A DNA stretch of 51,872 bases, from positions 1-51,872 of the forward strand of contig JANPLU010000099.1 of NCBI GenBank assembly GCA_031422435.1, read 5' to 3'. The notes below the pieces were generated by a model. That model worked only from the letters and a program-made list of their open reading frames with translations. It did not search any database and was not told where the DNA came from. Shown here one piece after another: positions 10,012 through 20,006 of this stretch (positions are counted from its first letter, which is position 1; the number at the start of each line of letters is the position of its first letter). Origin of the DNA: Acaryochloridaceae cyanobacterium VAR_48_metabat_390. Lineage in GTDB: Bacteria; Cyanobacteriota; Cyanobacteriia; Thermosynechococcales; Thermosynechococcaceae. The translations under genes and the position numbers were made by a program.

Positions 10012-10176
10012 AGGGCAGATTAGCAGGCGACATCAAAATAGAAAATCTTTCATTTGGTTCGATTAAATCATGTTTCAGAGGGGATGCAATTCCAAATTTA
10101 ACCGACTAATATTGAAGTAGGTTGATTAGAAATCACAATCAAAGCAAGCAGTACAAATTAAATATTTATATCTTTC

Positions 10177-10192
10177 TGTGATCTAGATCACT
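10177..10192. promoter_or_regulatory. CRP-family binding site
   Basis: TGTGA-TCTAGA-TCACT, 15/16 match to the CRP core TGTGATCTAGATCACA, in a divergent intergenic region. Confidence 0.7.
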
Positions 10193-10296
10193 ACTTTTAG
10201 AGATCCAGTGCACGCTCGTTTCAAGAAAGGTATGGAATGCTAAGTCAGTTTGCTAAGAGGGTTTCGTTTTAAGCAGCCGTTCAGTGAGGTAGAGCC

Positions 10297-10935
10297 ATGA
10301 TGAATCAAATATTCAAAACGTTAGCAAGCACAGTTATTCTGAGTGGCGCTCTAATTCTGTTGGGTGATCAGAGTGCAGTTCAGGCCACACCAGCGGGAGT
10401 TAAGATTGCCAGCATTAACACCCAAGACTACACCGAGATTTTACGGGTTGCGCCCAAGACCGCAGAAGATTATTACAGCCAAGGGCTAGCACTTCACGGT
10501 CAAGGACAGTTTACCGAAGCCATTGAGAAGATAAGCCGAGCGGTAGATTTGGAGCCAGACAACGCAGATTACTACTTTAGTCGAGGGCTAGCCTACGCTG
10601 ATTTGGGCAATCAGGCTCTCGCCATTCAAGATTATGGTCAGGCGATCGCCCTAGATGGTCAAATTGCGTCCGCCTATTACAACAGAGGCAGAGCTAGGTT
10701 TGCGCTGCGGCAGACAGAGGGGGCGATCGCAGATTTCTCTGAGGCGCTTGCCATTGATTCTGGCTTTATTGCGGCCTATTACGGACGGGGCATGGCCTAC
10801 TACGACAAAGGGGATGTGCAGATGGCGCAAAAAGACTACGGGCAAGCCAAACGCCTAAACCCTCAACTCGCTGAAGCCTTTTACGATAAAGGGTTTGCGC
10901 GTCCTCTGGTTGGGGGCGACACCAACCCGCGCTAA
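10297..10935 (+). CDS. Exported tetratricopeptide-repeat protein
   Basis: Signal-peptide-like N-terminus ending AVQA; about 4 TPRs (YYSQG, YFSRG, YYNRG, YYGRG). Confidence 0.9.
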   Translation: MMNQIFKTLASTVILSGALILLGDQSAVQATPAGVKIASINTQDYTEILRVAPKTAEDYYSQGLALHGQGQFTEAIEKISRAVDLEPDNADYYFSRGLAYADLGNQALAIQDYGQAIALDGQIASAYYNRGRARFALRQTEGAIADFSEALAIDSGFIAAYYGRGMAYYDKGDVQMAQKDYGQAKRLNPQLAEAFYDKGFARPLVGGDTNPR

Positions 10936-11357
10936 GTAGCGATGCCAGGGCGTTGGCCTGTCAAGCGATAGTGGTGGTAGTCTTCTAAAATCTGCTGATG
11001 ATCAAAGCAAAGGGGAGTGGGCAATGCCGAAATGTCAAATAGCCCCACCGCCTTTGCGTCATCGGCGGCGATGGGCGCGCCGCTGGCTTCGGCAATAAAG
11101 ACCACGCTAAGGGTGTGCTTTCGCGCATCTCGAGTGGGATCTGAGTACACGTAAAACTGCTCTAGCAGGCGAATATTGAGAGAGGTTTCCTCTGCCGCTT
11201 CCCGAATGGCGGCAGACTCGACAGTTTCGCCGTAGTCGACAAAGCCCCCAGGTAGCGCCCAGCCGAAAGGCTCGTTAAGGCGCTCGATCAGAACAATGCG
11301 ATCATTCAGCTCAATAATGATATCGACTGTCGGGACTGGGTTGCGATAGGCCATCAC
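10932..11357 (-). CDS. NUDIX hydrolase (ADP-ribose pyrophosphatase-like)
   Basis: Nudix box [38 protein letters not shown]. Confidence 0.92.
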   Translation of the reverse strand: MMAYRNPVPTVDIIIELNDRIVLIERLNEPFGWALPGGFVDYGETVESAAIREAAEETSLNIRLLEQFYVYSDPTRDARKHTLSVVFIAEASGAPIAADDAKAVGLFDISALPTPLCFDHQQILEDYHHYRLTGQRPGIAT

Positions 11358-11360
11358 GGG

Positions 11361-12389
11361 TTAGGAATCCGCAAAAATGTAGCGGTATAGCTCACTGGGG
11401 TCTGGCTCAGGGCTTTGTTCGGCAAACTCCACGGCCTCGTCAACCAGCGCCTGAATTTTCTGATCAATAGCCTTTAAGTCCTCAGCGCTGGCAAGTTCGT
11501 TCGCCAGCAAATAGCGCTCAAGCTGCTTAATCGGGTCGCGGGCTAACCACTCATCCTTTTCATCCTTAGATCGCAGCTCATCGGGGTCAGCCAACGAGTG
11601 ACCTCGAAAACGATAGGTGAGGCACTCAATCAGTGTGGGGCCTTCTCCGGCACGGGCGCGCGCCACAGCTTCTTGGGCGATCGCCCTCACCGCCAACACA
11701 TCCATTCCGTCTACTTCATACCCTGGCATCCCAAACACGCTCGCCTTTTGGTAAATCTCAGTCTGAGACGAAGCGCGTTCGTGAGCCATCCCAATCGCCC
11801 ACTTGTTGTTTTCGACCACGTAAAGAATCGGCAGTTTCCATAGCGCCGCCATGTTAAGGCACTCAAAAAACTGACCATTATTGGTTGTGCCGTCCCCAAA
11901 GAAAGCCGCCGTTACCTGGTCTGCCGACTGATCGCCCAGGGCATTACGGCGATAGTGGGTCTGGAACGCGGCTCCCGTCGCAATGGGGATGCCTTCGCCA
12001 ATAAAGGCAAACCCGCCCAGTAAATTATGCTCCGCCGAGAACATGTGCATCGAGCCGCCTCGTCCTCGGCTGCACCCCGTTTCCTTGCCAAATAGCTCCG
12101 CCATGACCTGACGGGCAGGCACCCCTGCGCTCAGAGCATGGACATGATCTCGATAGGTACTGCACGTATAGTCATCAGGGCGCATCGCCTTCAGCACACC
12201 CGTCGAAACCGCTTCTTGACCGTTGTACAGGTGAACAAACCCAAACATCTTGCCGCGATAGTACATCTCTGCGCACTTATCTTCAAAGCCACGCCCTAGC
12301 ACCATGTCTTCATAGAGCACAAGACCCTCCTCCCGCGTGATTTGGGCGGTTGGGGCAGGCATTTTGGGGAGAACGCGATCTTGAACCAT
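11361..12389 (-). CDS. pdhA: Pyruvate dehydrogenase E1 alpha subunit
   Basis: [23 protein letters not shown]...N TPP motif, [12 protein letters not shown]. Confidence 0.98.
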   Translation of the reverse strand: MVQDRVLPKMPAPTAQITREEGLVLYEDMVLGRGFEDKCAEMYYRGKMFGFVHLYNGQEAVSTGVLKAMRPDDYTCSTYRDHVHALSAGVPARQVMAELFGKETGCSRGRGGSMHMFSAEHNLLGGFAFIGEGIPIATGAAFQTHYRRNALGDQSADQVTAAFFGDGTTNNGQFFECLNMAALWKLPILYVVENNKWAIGMAHERASSQTEIYQKASVFGMPGYEVDGMDVLAVRAIAQEAVARARAGEGPTLIECLTYRFRGHSLADPDELRSKDEKDEWLARDPIKQLERYLLANELASAEDLKAIDQKIQALVDEAVEFAEQSPEPDPSELYRYIFADS

Positions 12390-12705
12390 GAATTATCCTT
12401 CGTCGGGTGCCTTACGAGACATAACGTGAAAACATGAGAAGAGCGAATAAAACCTAGGCTTAAACGGTAAATCGTTTAGACACGTATTTTACTGCTCCAT
12501 AAAGGCTACAGCCTTAAAAAGCGCAGATTTTCAACCAACTTCTTATAGAGTATACGGTTGGTTAGGGCTTGCAGGTTATGATATTCCCAAATTGTTTTTT
12601 AAACCGTCTCTGGCTTTACGTTAGATCTAGGTTTACAGTTTGAACGTTTAAAATTTGAACGATTACCGTTCAACCCTGTATCATTTGCTGCCAAGGACTT
12701 CAGTT

Positions 12706-14919
12706 GTGCAAATTTCCTTAGACTTCTACAGAATTCTAGGTGTGCCGAATCGAGCAACGCCCGAACAGCTTCAGCAGGCGTTTGAAGATCGACTACAGCA
12801 ATTGCCTCGGCAAGAATATTCTAGTGCAGCGATCGCCGCCCGTAAGCAGCTCCTTGAGGAAGCGTTTGTAGCGCTTGCAGATCCACAGAAGCGAGAAGCT
12901 TATGATCAGCAGTGGGCTGAGCTAGAAACCCCTGCTGACCCCTCCGATGGACTGGGGCTAATGCTCGATATTTCTGATGCAAAACTATCCGGCGCACTGC
13001 TGTTGCTTCAGGAGATTGGAGCCTATCAGCAAATTTTAGAGGTTGGAGTGGCCTATCTACAGCGCCCTATTGACCTAACACAGGTTCCGACCCATGCGGG
13101 CGCACTCGAAGATGATGTGATCTTAGCGCTGGCATTGGCAAACTTAGAATTAGGTCGTGAGCAATGGCAGCAGAGCCAGTTTGAGATGGCTGGAGACTCT
13201 TTACAAAAGGGGCTGAGCCTCCTTGAGCAAGAACAGCGGTTTTCGGACGTGCAGGCTGAAATCAAGGGAGATCTTTATAAGCTTAGACCCTATCGAATTT
13301 TAGAACTGCTCAATAATCCAGATGCGTCCCCAGTTTCTCGTGCGGAAGGACTAAAGCTTTTACAAGCGATGCTGGATGACCGCGACGGCATTGATGGTAA
13401 TCAAGATGACCAGTCCGGGCTAAGCGTCAAAGACTTTTTACGGTTTATTCAGCAGCTTCGTGAATACCTGACCGTAGAGGAGCAGCAGGTACTCTTTGAG
13501 CGCGAAGCCGCTCGCCCTTCCGCAGTAGCGTCTTATTTGGCGGTCTATGCCTTCATTGCCAGAGGCGTTTCAGCAGGGAAGCCTAATTTTATTGCGCAGG
13601 CTAAGACTCTGCTTGGGCAACTGGGCGATCGCCAAGATATTGCCATTGAGCAGGGCATGTGTTGGCTGTTGCTAGGCCAACCAGACGCAGCCCATAAAAG
13701 CGTACTGCTGAGTCAAGATGAAGAGTCTTTAGACTTCATGCGCCAATATTCTGAAGGTTCGTCAGATCTAATTCCTGGACTGTACCTATATACCGAAAAC
13801 TGGCTACAGCAAGAGGTTTACCCCTACTTTCGAGACTTAGCCGGACAGTTGGTGTCTCTACAGCACTACTTTAACGACCCTGCCATCCAGACCGTACTCA
13901 GCAGCTTAGATAGCGGCAGCAGCAACCCGAGTATCTCAAAGGCAGAGGAAAGCAGCTTGAGTGTAGATACTGCCCAAAAAACTTTGCCGAGCGTTATTCC
14001 TTTCCCTTCAGCCGTCTCTCACGAACAGTCAACAGAGACCTTCTCCGATTCAGGTTTATCCTCAAGCCTGTTATTTGAGGATGAACTGAGCGCCACCGCC
14101 GCCACCTCCTCAGCCCCAAAGCCTTTCTCTGAAAACCAGAAAAGGCAGCATCGCCGAGACCCGAAGCCGAAAAAGCCGTCAGCCAAGGGTAGAGGTTCTC
14201 GTCGCGCTGGAGCCGCTCGAACTGAAGCCCCGCGTAACGAAAGCTCACAAGAGCGAACGTCGAAGGCTTCTAAGTCTAAAAAGTGGTCTACCTGGCTGGT
14301 TTCACTTTTACTCGGCGCTGGTTTTGTTACTGGAGCGCTGGCGCTAGCCAGACTCTTAGCGCCTCAACCCAATTCGGCTGAAGCGCCACTTACCATTGGA
14401 GCCACCAGTCCAACGCCCGCAACTCCCGCGACTGCAACGTCACTCCCGACCCCATCCAGTGGGACAGCTTCTCCCTTAGGATTGTCCTCAGCTAGTCCTA
14501 GCCCCTCTGCCTCTCCTTCGCCCGTCACAAACCCTGGTGCGCTTTCAAAACTAGAGGCCGAGAAACTGGTTAAGTCTTGGCAGACTGCGAAGGCAGAGGC
14601 CATGGGTGAGCAATACAGTACGGCAACCCTTCAGGCTGTATTGTCAGAGCCTGCACTGTCAGAGTGGAAAAATCGTGTTGCTCAAAACAAAGCCGCTCAA
14701 GGGTACTGGAAATACACCCTCGACCAGCTTGAGATCCAGTCTGTAGACACGCTGGCAAAAGGGCGCACGGCTATTAAGGCCAGAGTAAAGGAAACCGCGC
14801 AGTACTATGAGCGCGGCAAGTTGGTGTCAGCTCAGTCCTACACCGATACCTATCCGGTAAAGTATACGGCGGTGCAAAAGGGTCAGCAGTGGCAGATTCA
14901 AGAGATGCAGGTGCTGTGA
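12706..14919 (+). CDS. ftn2: Cell division protein Ftn2/ZipN (ARC6 homolog)
   Basis: J-like N-terminus LDFYRILG, DLYKLRPYRILELL, RDGIDG, TM segment and C-terminal IMS/DUF4101-like domain (WQTAKAEAMG); divergent from pdhA; GTG start at 12706. Confidence 0.92.
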   Translation: MQISLDFYRILGVPNRATPEQLQQAFEDRLQQLPRQEYSSAAIAARKQLLEEAFVALADPQKREAYDQQWAELETPADPSDGLGLMLDISDAKLSGALLLLQEIGAYQQILEVGVAYLQRPIDLTQVPTHAGALEDDVILALALANLELGREQWQQSQFEMAGDSLQKGLSLLEQEQRFSDVQAEIKGDLYKLRPYRILELLNNPDASPVSRAEGLKLLQAMLDDRDGIDGNQDDQSGLSVKDFLRFIQQLREYLTVEEQQVLFEREAARPSAVASYLAVYAFIARGVSAGKPNFIAQAKTLLGQLGDRQDIAIEQGMCWLLLGQPDAAHKSVLLSQDEESLDFMRQYSEGSSDLIPGLYLYTENWLQQEVYPYFRDLAGQLVSLQHYFNDPAIQTVLSSLDSGSSNPSISKAEESSLSVDTAQKTLPSVIPFPSAVSHEQSTETFSDSGLSSSLLFEDELSATAATSSAPKPFSENQKRQHRRDPKPKKPSAKGRGSRRAGAARTEAPRNESSQERTSKASKSKKWSTWLVSLLLGAGFVTGALALARLLAPQPNSAEAPLTIGATSPTPATPATATSLPTPSSGTASPLGLSSASPSPSASPSPVTNPGALSKLEAEKLVKSWQTAKAEAMGEQYSTATLQAVLSEPALSEWKNRVAQNKAAQGYWKYTLDQLEIQSVDTLAKGRTAIKARVKETAQYYERGKLVSAQSYTDTYPVKYTAVQKGQQWQIQEMQVL

Positions 14920-15959
14920 CCAGCGGCGCTATAGATTTCAAAACATTGGTGCGTCAGTTGGGCATTGCTGATGCCCAAACGAGTTTGGTTCAAAGTCCGC
15001 TGCTTAATCCGGTTGTGCAGGGTGTGGCGGCAATTGCTCAAGCCAAAACAGGCACCGTTTCTTTCATTGAAAGTGCAGCCTTAGCCCACACATTAGCAAC
15101 TACCCAGGCCAGCGTAGTCATTTTGCCGCAGCAGTGCAGTGCGCTGCACAAAACCGCCACGCAATTAGGGCTGGCTTGGATTGCTGCTGCACAGCCTCGC
15201 TTACTTTTTGCTCAAATTCTGGGGCTATTTTACCAACCTTGGCAGCCAGAGGCAGTCATTCATTCTACGGCGGTTATTCATCCCACCGTGACGCTAGGGA
15301 CTGGGGTAGCTGTGGGTGCCCACGCTGTTATTGAGGCCGGATGTACAATCGCAGATCATGTCTGCATTTACCCCAATGTCGTCATTTATCCCGATGTTGC
15401 AGTTGGCGATCGCACTGTTCTTCACGCCAACTGCGTTATTCATGAGCGGACTGTCATTGGTCAAAATTGCGTGATCCACAGTGGCGCGGTCATTGGTGCG
15501 GAAGGGTTTGGCTTTGTGCCCACGGCAGCAGCCTGGGTTAAGATGCAGCAGTCTGGCTCCGTCGTCTTAGAAGATGGTATTGAAGTAGGATGCAGTAGCG
15601 CCATTGATCGGCCTGCTATCGGCGAAACGCGCATTGGTAAAGGCACTAAAATTGATAACCTAGTGCAGGTTGCCCACGGCTGTCAGATTGGGCAGCACTG
15701 CGTTTTAGTGAGTCAAGTGGGGCTGGCTGGGGCGGTAGAGTTGGGCGATCGCGTGGTCATTGCCGGACAGTCTGGTGTGGTTGAAAAGGTAAAGGTAGGG
15801 TCTGGCGCGATTGTGACGGCTAAAAGCGCTGTGTTTCAAGATGTTGAAGCAGGCCAAATCGTATCAGGCACGCCAGCCATGCCCAATAAGCTATGGTTAC
15901 GCACTACGGTATTAATCCGTCGGCTCCCCGAGCTGTTCCGCAAGCCGCCGTCACGTTAG
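14916..15959 (+). CDS. lpxD: UDP-3-O-(3-hydroxyacyl)glucosamine N-acyltransferase
   Basis: Hexapeptide repeats, GAEGFGF, IDR, GTKIDNLVQVAHGC; GTG overlaps the ftn2 stop (GTGA). Confidence 0.95.
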   Translation: MTSGAIDFKTLVRQLGIADAQTSLVQSPLLNPVVQGVAAIAQAKTGTVSFIESAALAHTLATTQASVVILPQQCSALHKTATQLGLAWIAAAQPRLLFAQILGLFYQPWQPEAVIHSTAVIHPTVTLGTGVAVGAHAVIEAGCTIADHVCIYPNVVIYPDVAVGDRTVLHANCVIHERTVIGQNCVIHSGAVIGAEGFGFVPTAAAWVKMQQSGSVVLEDGIEVGCSSAIDRPAIGETRIGKGTKIDNLVQVAHGCQIGQHCVLVSQVGLAGAVELGDRVVIAGQSGVVEKVKVGSGAIVTAKSAVFQDVEAGQIVSGTPAMPNKLWLRTTVLIRRLPELFRKPPSR

Positions 15960-15979
15960 CCGCAAATTTTTAGATTGCC

Positions 15980-17125
15980 ATGAATGCTGAAACTACGCTA
16001 AAAGAATTAACGGCGATCGCCCGTCAATTTTCGCCCAACCCATCGCCCCTAAAGGTTGAGTCTTTCGGCAATGGCAACATCAACGATACCTTTTTGGTAA
16101 ATGCCGCCGTTGATTCAGAATCTGCTTCTAAAGACAATTCTGAACCTCGGTTTGTGCTTCAGCGCATCAATACCCAGGTTTTTCGCCAGCCCAAACTGGT
16201 CATGCAAAACATGCGCGTCTTCACAGCGCATGTCCAAAATCGCCTTGCCTGCGACCCTCTGCGCCCAGACTGCAACTGGCAGGTGCCACAGGTGCTGTTA
16301 ACTCAGACGGGTGAAGACCACTGGGTTGACGAGTTAGGCCAGTTTTGGCGCGCCATTAGCTTTATTGAAGCGTCCCAAACCTTTGATACCATTCAGGACT
16401 TAGATCACGCCCAAGAAATAGGGATAGCGCTTGGAACCTTTCATCATCTGGTCAATGACCTCCCCCCGGAAAGCTTGGTGGATACCCTTGAAGGATTTCA
16501 CATTACGCCAAGCTACCTTCAGGTCTATGATGGGATACTTGCGGCAGCACGCAGTGACCTACTTCAGTCTGCTGAAGTGCGCCACTGTTTGCAGTTTGTG
16601 GGCGATCGCCGCACGCTAACCGCCATCCTAGAAGATGCTAAAGCCTTGGGCAAACTGCCCATCCGCACCATGCATGGCGACCCCAAGGTCAATAACATCA
16701 TGTTTGATACTACAAGCCGTAGTGCCGTCAGCATGATTGATCTTGATACCGTTAAACCAGGGCTAATTCACTATGACGTAGGCGACTGCCTCCGCTCGGC
16801 CTGTAACCCCCTGGGGGAAGAAACCGATCAGTGGGAACAGGTGCGATTTGAAACCGATTTAGGGGAAGCGATTTTGCAAGGCTACCTATCGGCATCCGGC
16901 AGTTTTTTGACCCATAACGACCACGACTACCTGTATGATGCAATCCGCCTGATTGCGTTTGAGCTAGGATTGCGGTTTTTTACCGACTATCTCGCAGGCA
17001 ACGCTTACTTTAAGGTCAAACATCCCACCCACAACTTAGAGAGGGCACTCGTCCAATTCAAGCTGACCGAAAGCATTGAACTTCAGGCATTATCCCTTCG
17101 CACCCTTCTTCAGAACCTCAGATGA
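15980..17125 (+). CDS. Aminoglycoside-phosphotransferase-family kinase (N-acetylhexosamine 1-kinase-like)
   Basis: GNGNINDT, LQRIN, HGDPKVNN, IDLDTV, ELGLRFFTDYL. Confidence 0.88.
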   Translation: MNAETTLKELTAIARQFSPNPSPLKVESFGNGNINDTFLVNAAVDSESASKDNSEPRFVLQRINTQVFRQPKLVMQNMRVFTAHVQNRLACDPLRPDCNWQVPQVLLTQTGEDHWVDELGQFWRAISFIEASQTFDTIQDLDHAQEIGIALGTFHHLVNDLPPESLVDTLEGFHITPSYLQVYDGILAAARSDLLQSAEVRHCLQFVGDRRTLTAILEDAKALGKLPIRTMHGDPKVNNIMFDTTSRSAVSMIDLDTVKPGLIHYDVGDCLRSACNPLGEETDQWEQVRFETDLGEAILQGYLSASGSFLTHNDHDYLYDAIRLIAFELGLRFFTDYLAGNAYFKVKHPTHNLERALVQFKLTESIELQALSLRTLLQNLR

Positions 17126-17661
17126 ACGACCAGATCTTTTCCCTTGTGCCCTTTGGCAAAGACAGTACGCTCCCCAACCTAGAGGTGATCGGCACCATCG
17201 CCCGCCGCGATCCGTTTCTTTTAATTCAGTACACGCTGCTCGGCGCGATGGATCAGGTCGTTTTGCCTGCCTCTAGCGAGGCTCCTACTCGCAAAAACAA
17301 CCTCTGGGAAGCGACGTGTCTTGAGTTTTTCTTGAGCGTTAGAAACTCCTCCAGCTACTGGGAATTCAACCTTTCCCCTGGCGGCGATTGGAATATTTAT
17401 CAGTTTGATAGCTACCGACAAGGGATGCAGGAAGAGACAGCTTATGAGGCGCTTCCCTTCACCACTGAATCTGAACCGGATGCGTTTTCGCTTTCTCTTA
17501 AGCTAGACCTAGACGACATTATTCCCGTGGGGCGGGTTTTAGACGTGGGCATTAGCGCCGTCACTCAGCTCCAGGATGGCAAAATTACCCACTGGGCTTT
17601 AACTCATCCCAGCACCCAGGCAGACTTTCACAAGCGCGAGAGCTTTACCATCAAGCTTTAG
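17122..17661 (+). CDS. DOMON-like (carbohydrate-binding family 9-like) protein
   Basis: LWEATCLEFF, YWEFNLSP, WALTH, ADFH; ATGA overlap with the upstream kinase. Confidence 0.8.
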   Translation: MNDQIFSLVPFGKDSTLPNLEVIGTIARRDPFLLIQYTLLGAMDQVVLPASSEAPTRKNNLWEATCLEFFLSVRNSSSYWEFNLSPGGDWNIYQFDSYRQGMQEETAYEALPFTTESEPDAFSLSLKLDLDDIIPVGRVLDVGISAVTQLQDGKITHWALTHPSTQADFHKRESFTIKL

Positions 17662-18284
17662 CGCTTGCGCTTTGCGGCAGGGGCAGCGGCTCTAGACTCT
17701 AGCCTAAATTCTGGAATCTCCTCTAGCTCGTGGTCTTCGAGACTATACTGCTCGCACACCAGGCTGAGGCGATCGCCCCCCTTCACCACGGCAGTCACAG
17801 AATGGGTTAAGTCTCCCTGAAAAAACAGGAGCAGACCAGCTTGGGGTCGGGTTTGCCCGACCTGGTGCCGCCGTGATCGCAGCACCAGTTCTCCCCCTTC
17901 TAAATCTTCAGGAACCGACACATACAGCACGCTAACCACTGCAGGTGGCTCAATGGTTTTGCAGTAAGAGCGTAAAGATCGGTCAATGTGCGGATCCACC
18001 CGAGAACCTGCCTTGAGCAGCAGCGGATTTAGGTAAAACGCATTGCAGTCTGGCTGTAGTGCCTGCTCTAGGTAGCGCCCAAAGTAGGGGAATTGCTCAG
18101 TAACGGTGGAAAGGTGAGATCGCCGAAACACCACTGAAAAACCTTTGGTATTGACAAAATCACGGTTGAGATTATTGACCGCAAAGTAAGGGCAGTCTAA
18201 GATGCGGCGCTGGAGCTTGCTGAGGTAGCTCCCAGAAAATGCCTGAACAGATTGACGATAGTAGCTCAAGGAAACCCTGCCCAA
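17658..18284 (-). CDS. 2OG-Fe(II) oxygenase
   Basis: HxD (PHIDRS), GGEL, distal H (THSV) and RLS; exact start uncertain. Confidence 0.85.
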   Translation of the reverse strand: MGRVSLSYYRQSVQAFSGSYLSKLQRRILDCPYFAVNNLNRDFVNTKGFSVVFRRSHLSTVTEQFPYFGRYLEQALQPDCNAFYLNPLLLKAGSRVDPHIDRSLRSYCKTIEPPAVVSVLYVSVPEDLEGGELVLRSRRHQVGQTRPQAGLLLFFQGDLTHSVTAVVKGGDRLSLVCEQYSLEDHELEEIPEFRLESRAAAPAAKRKR

Positions 18285-18319
18285 ACAGATCTAATGCAAT
18301 CAGCATCCTAGCATTTGGC

Positions 18320-19261
18320 CTAGCGAAGAGTGACAGGCGGCAGGCATTCAAACGTCATGGGCTGCTGCGTGCGAGGATGCAGAAAGGCTAGGCGATAGGC
18401 ATGAAGCGCGTAGCCGCAATCTCCTGGCACAGGCTGCTTAGCATCGCAATCTTCTGAGAAAGGCTGTGGAATACCCCCCACCCCATACAGCGGATCGCCC
18501 AGTAATGGAAACCCAGCGGATGCCATGTGGATACGGATCTGGTGCGGTCTGCCCGTAAAAATCGTCACCTCGACAAGGGTGCTTTCTAAGTCGCGTCGCA
18601 CAACCTGCACATCACTTCGCGCAAACTGTCCGTCGGTCGCCGCGCCATAAATGTAGCCCAGATGCTCATGAGAAATTTTGCCGATGGGCTGGTTAATAGT
18701 CAAGAGATCTGGAATGTTGCCCGCGCCAATCAGAGCGCGATAGGTTTTGTAGATGGAGCGATGGCTATGCACTAAGCCACCCGCCGCCGTGCTTTTGCGC
18801 AGTTGCTGGCTGAGGTTGGATTTGGCTAGGGGCGATCGCGCCAAAAGAATAAGCCCAGACGTTCCCCGCCCCAGACGATGAATAGGCACTGGCGTATCTT
18901 GCGGGTAGCGGCACCGGAGCTGATGCAGTAGCGTATGCTCCAAAAAGCCGCCCCCCGGCAACACAGGTAAACCCGAAGGCTTCGCAACCACTAACAAATC
19001 AGCATCTTCATACAAAACCTCAAAAGACAGCGGCACCTCCGGCTCTTGCCAAGGCGGACGATGATAGCTGAGCAGTTGCCCCGCCTGAATCAACGATTCC
19101 GTAAAACCCTGAATCCCGTCTAGTAAGATCTGTCCCGCCTCAATTCGGTGCTGCCAATCCGCCTGAGTGGAATGACGATACCGACGGGTATAAAACTCAA
19201 GTACCGTTAACCCTGCCTCCGGCACCCTTACCCGATCTTGATAGATCCACCCCTGATTCAT
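18320..19261 (-). CDS. RluA-family pseudouridine synthase
   Basis: KPSGL, HRLGRGTSG, TGRPHQIRIH, GDPLY, LHA; the canonical HRLD Asp reads Gly. Confidence 0.88.
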   Translation of the reverse strand: MNQGWIYQDRVRVPEAGLTVLEFYTRRYRHSTQADWQHRIEAGQILLDGIQGFTESLIQAGQLLSYHRPPWQEPEVPLSFEVLYEDADLLVVAKPSGLPVLPGGGFLEHTLLHQLRCRYPQDTPVPIHRLGRGTSGLILLARSPLAKSNLSQQLRKSTAAGGLVHSHRSIYKTYRALIGAGNIPDLLTINQPIGKISHEHLGYIYGAATDGQFARSDVQVVRRDLESTLVEVTIFTGRPHQIRIHMASAGFPLLGDPLYGVGGIPQPFSEDCDAKQPVPGDCGYALHAYRLAFLHPRTQQPMTFECLPPVTLR

Positions 19262-19336
19262 CTGCCCTCAACCTTAAAGGTAAGCTCCCATTTTCAGGGA
19301 TGGGCACCCCATTGATGGGGAGGAACTACTGAATCT

Positions 19337-19855
19337 TTAGAGTCTCACCGCCATTTTTTGCCCATTGGCTCTGACCTGGAACCGTAACAGACGCAGAAAG
19401 CGGAACCAAGCTCGAGCAGGCGAATCAAAAAACGTAAAAATATCCCCAAACCCCACCGTCGTTTTTTGATGGTGAAGCCAGTGCTGCTCAGGCGTTGTGA
19501 TAAACAAAATGTGGCACAAACCAGCCACAACCTTAGGCGTCTGCCAATTCATCACACACGCATGTCTCCACCAAACGTGGAGCTGCCCGAGCAAAAGCCC
19601 CAAGACAGTGCCGATAGGGGAGTATGACCAAAGGGGCACTGCAACCAAAAGATAGGGGAGTGCGCCCAAAATGCCATCCAAAAGCACCTGGGCATTCACT
19701 GTCAAAATTGCATAATGCCTAAAAGTTTGTTTAGAAGAATGGTGCGTTTTGAGATGGAGACTGCCAAAAACGTGTTCAGGAACGTGGTAGCAGAACGTCG
19801 ATAGAAAGTCTCCTAAAAGCAGCAGTAGACAAGCAGCAATGCTAGCCTCAATCAT
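19337..19855 (-). CDS. Fatty acid hydroxylase/sterol desaturase family membrane protein
   Basis: His boxes HVPEH, HLKTHH, HVWWRH, HWLHH. Confidence 0.82.
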   Translation of the reverse strand: MIEASIAACLLLLLGDFLSTFCYHVPEHVFGSLHLKTHHSSKQTFRHYAILTVNAQVLLDGILGALPYLLVAVPLWSYSPIGTVLGLLLGQLHVWWRHACVMNWQTPKVVAGLCHILFITTPEQHWLHHQKTTVGFGDIFTFFDSPARAWFRFLRLLRFQVRANGQKMAVRL

Positions 19856-19867
19856 GTTTTATCTTTC

Positions 19868-19985
19868 CATGCTGAAGGGAGCCGACTACAGCCCATCCCT
19901 ACTAGAGATGAGTCCGCCCCGTGGTTGAACCGGAACGTAACAGATTTAAGGTCTATTTGCGTGTAGTCTGGCTTACTAGCCCATG
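19868..19985 (+). ncRNA. Candidate rod-shaped ncRNA, possibly a short 6S (SsaA)-like RNA
   Basis: Nested pairings GAGCC-GACTACA/TGTAGTC-T-GGCTT, TAGA/TCTA and TGAGTC/GATTTA; G-U pairs favour the + strand; TATCTT at 19860-19865 is a possible -10. Confidence 0.45.
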
Positions 19986-20006
19986 CTTCATGTCGTTAAA
20001 TGGCGT

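Noticed and set aside
19915..19945. Possible SRP RNA (ffs) because of CCGGAA
   Set aside because: Lacks the conserved CAGG-x-CCGGAAGG-x-AGCAGC domain IV motif
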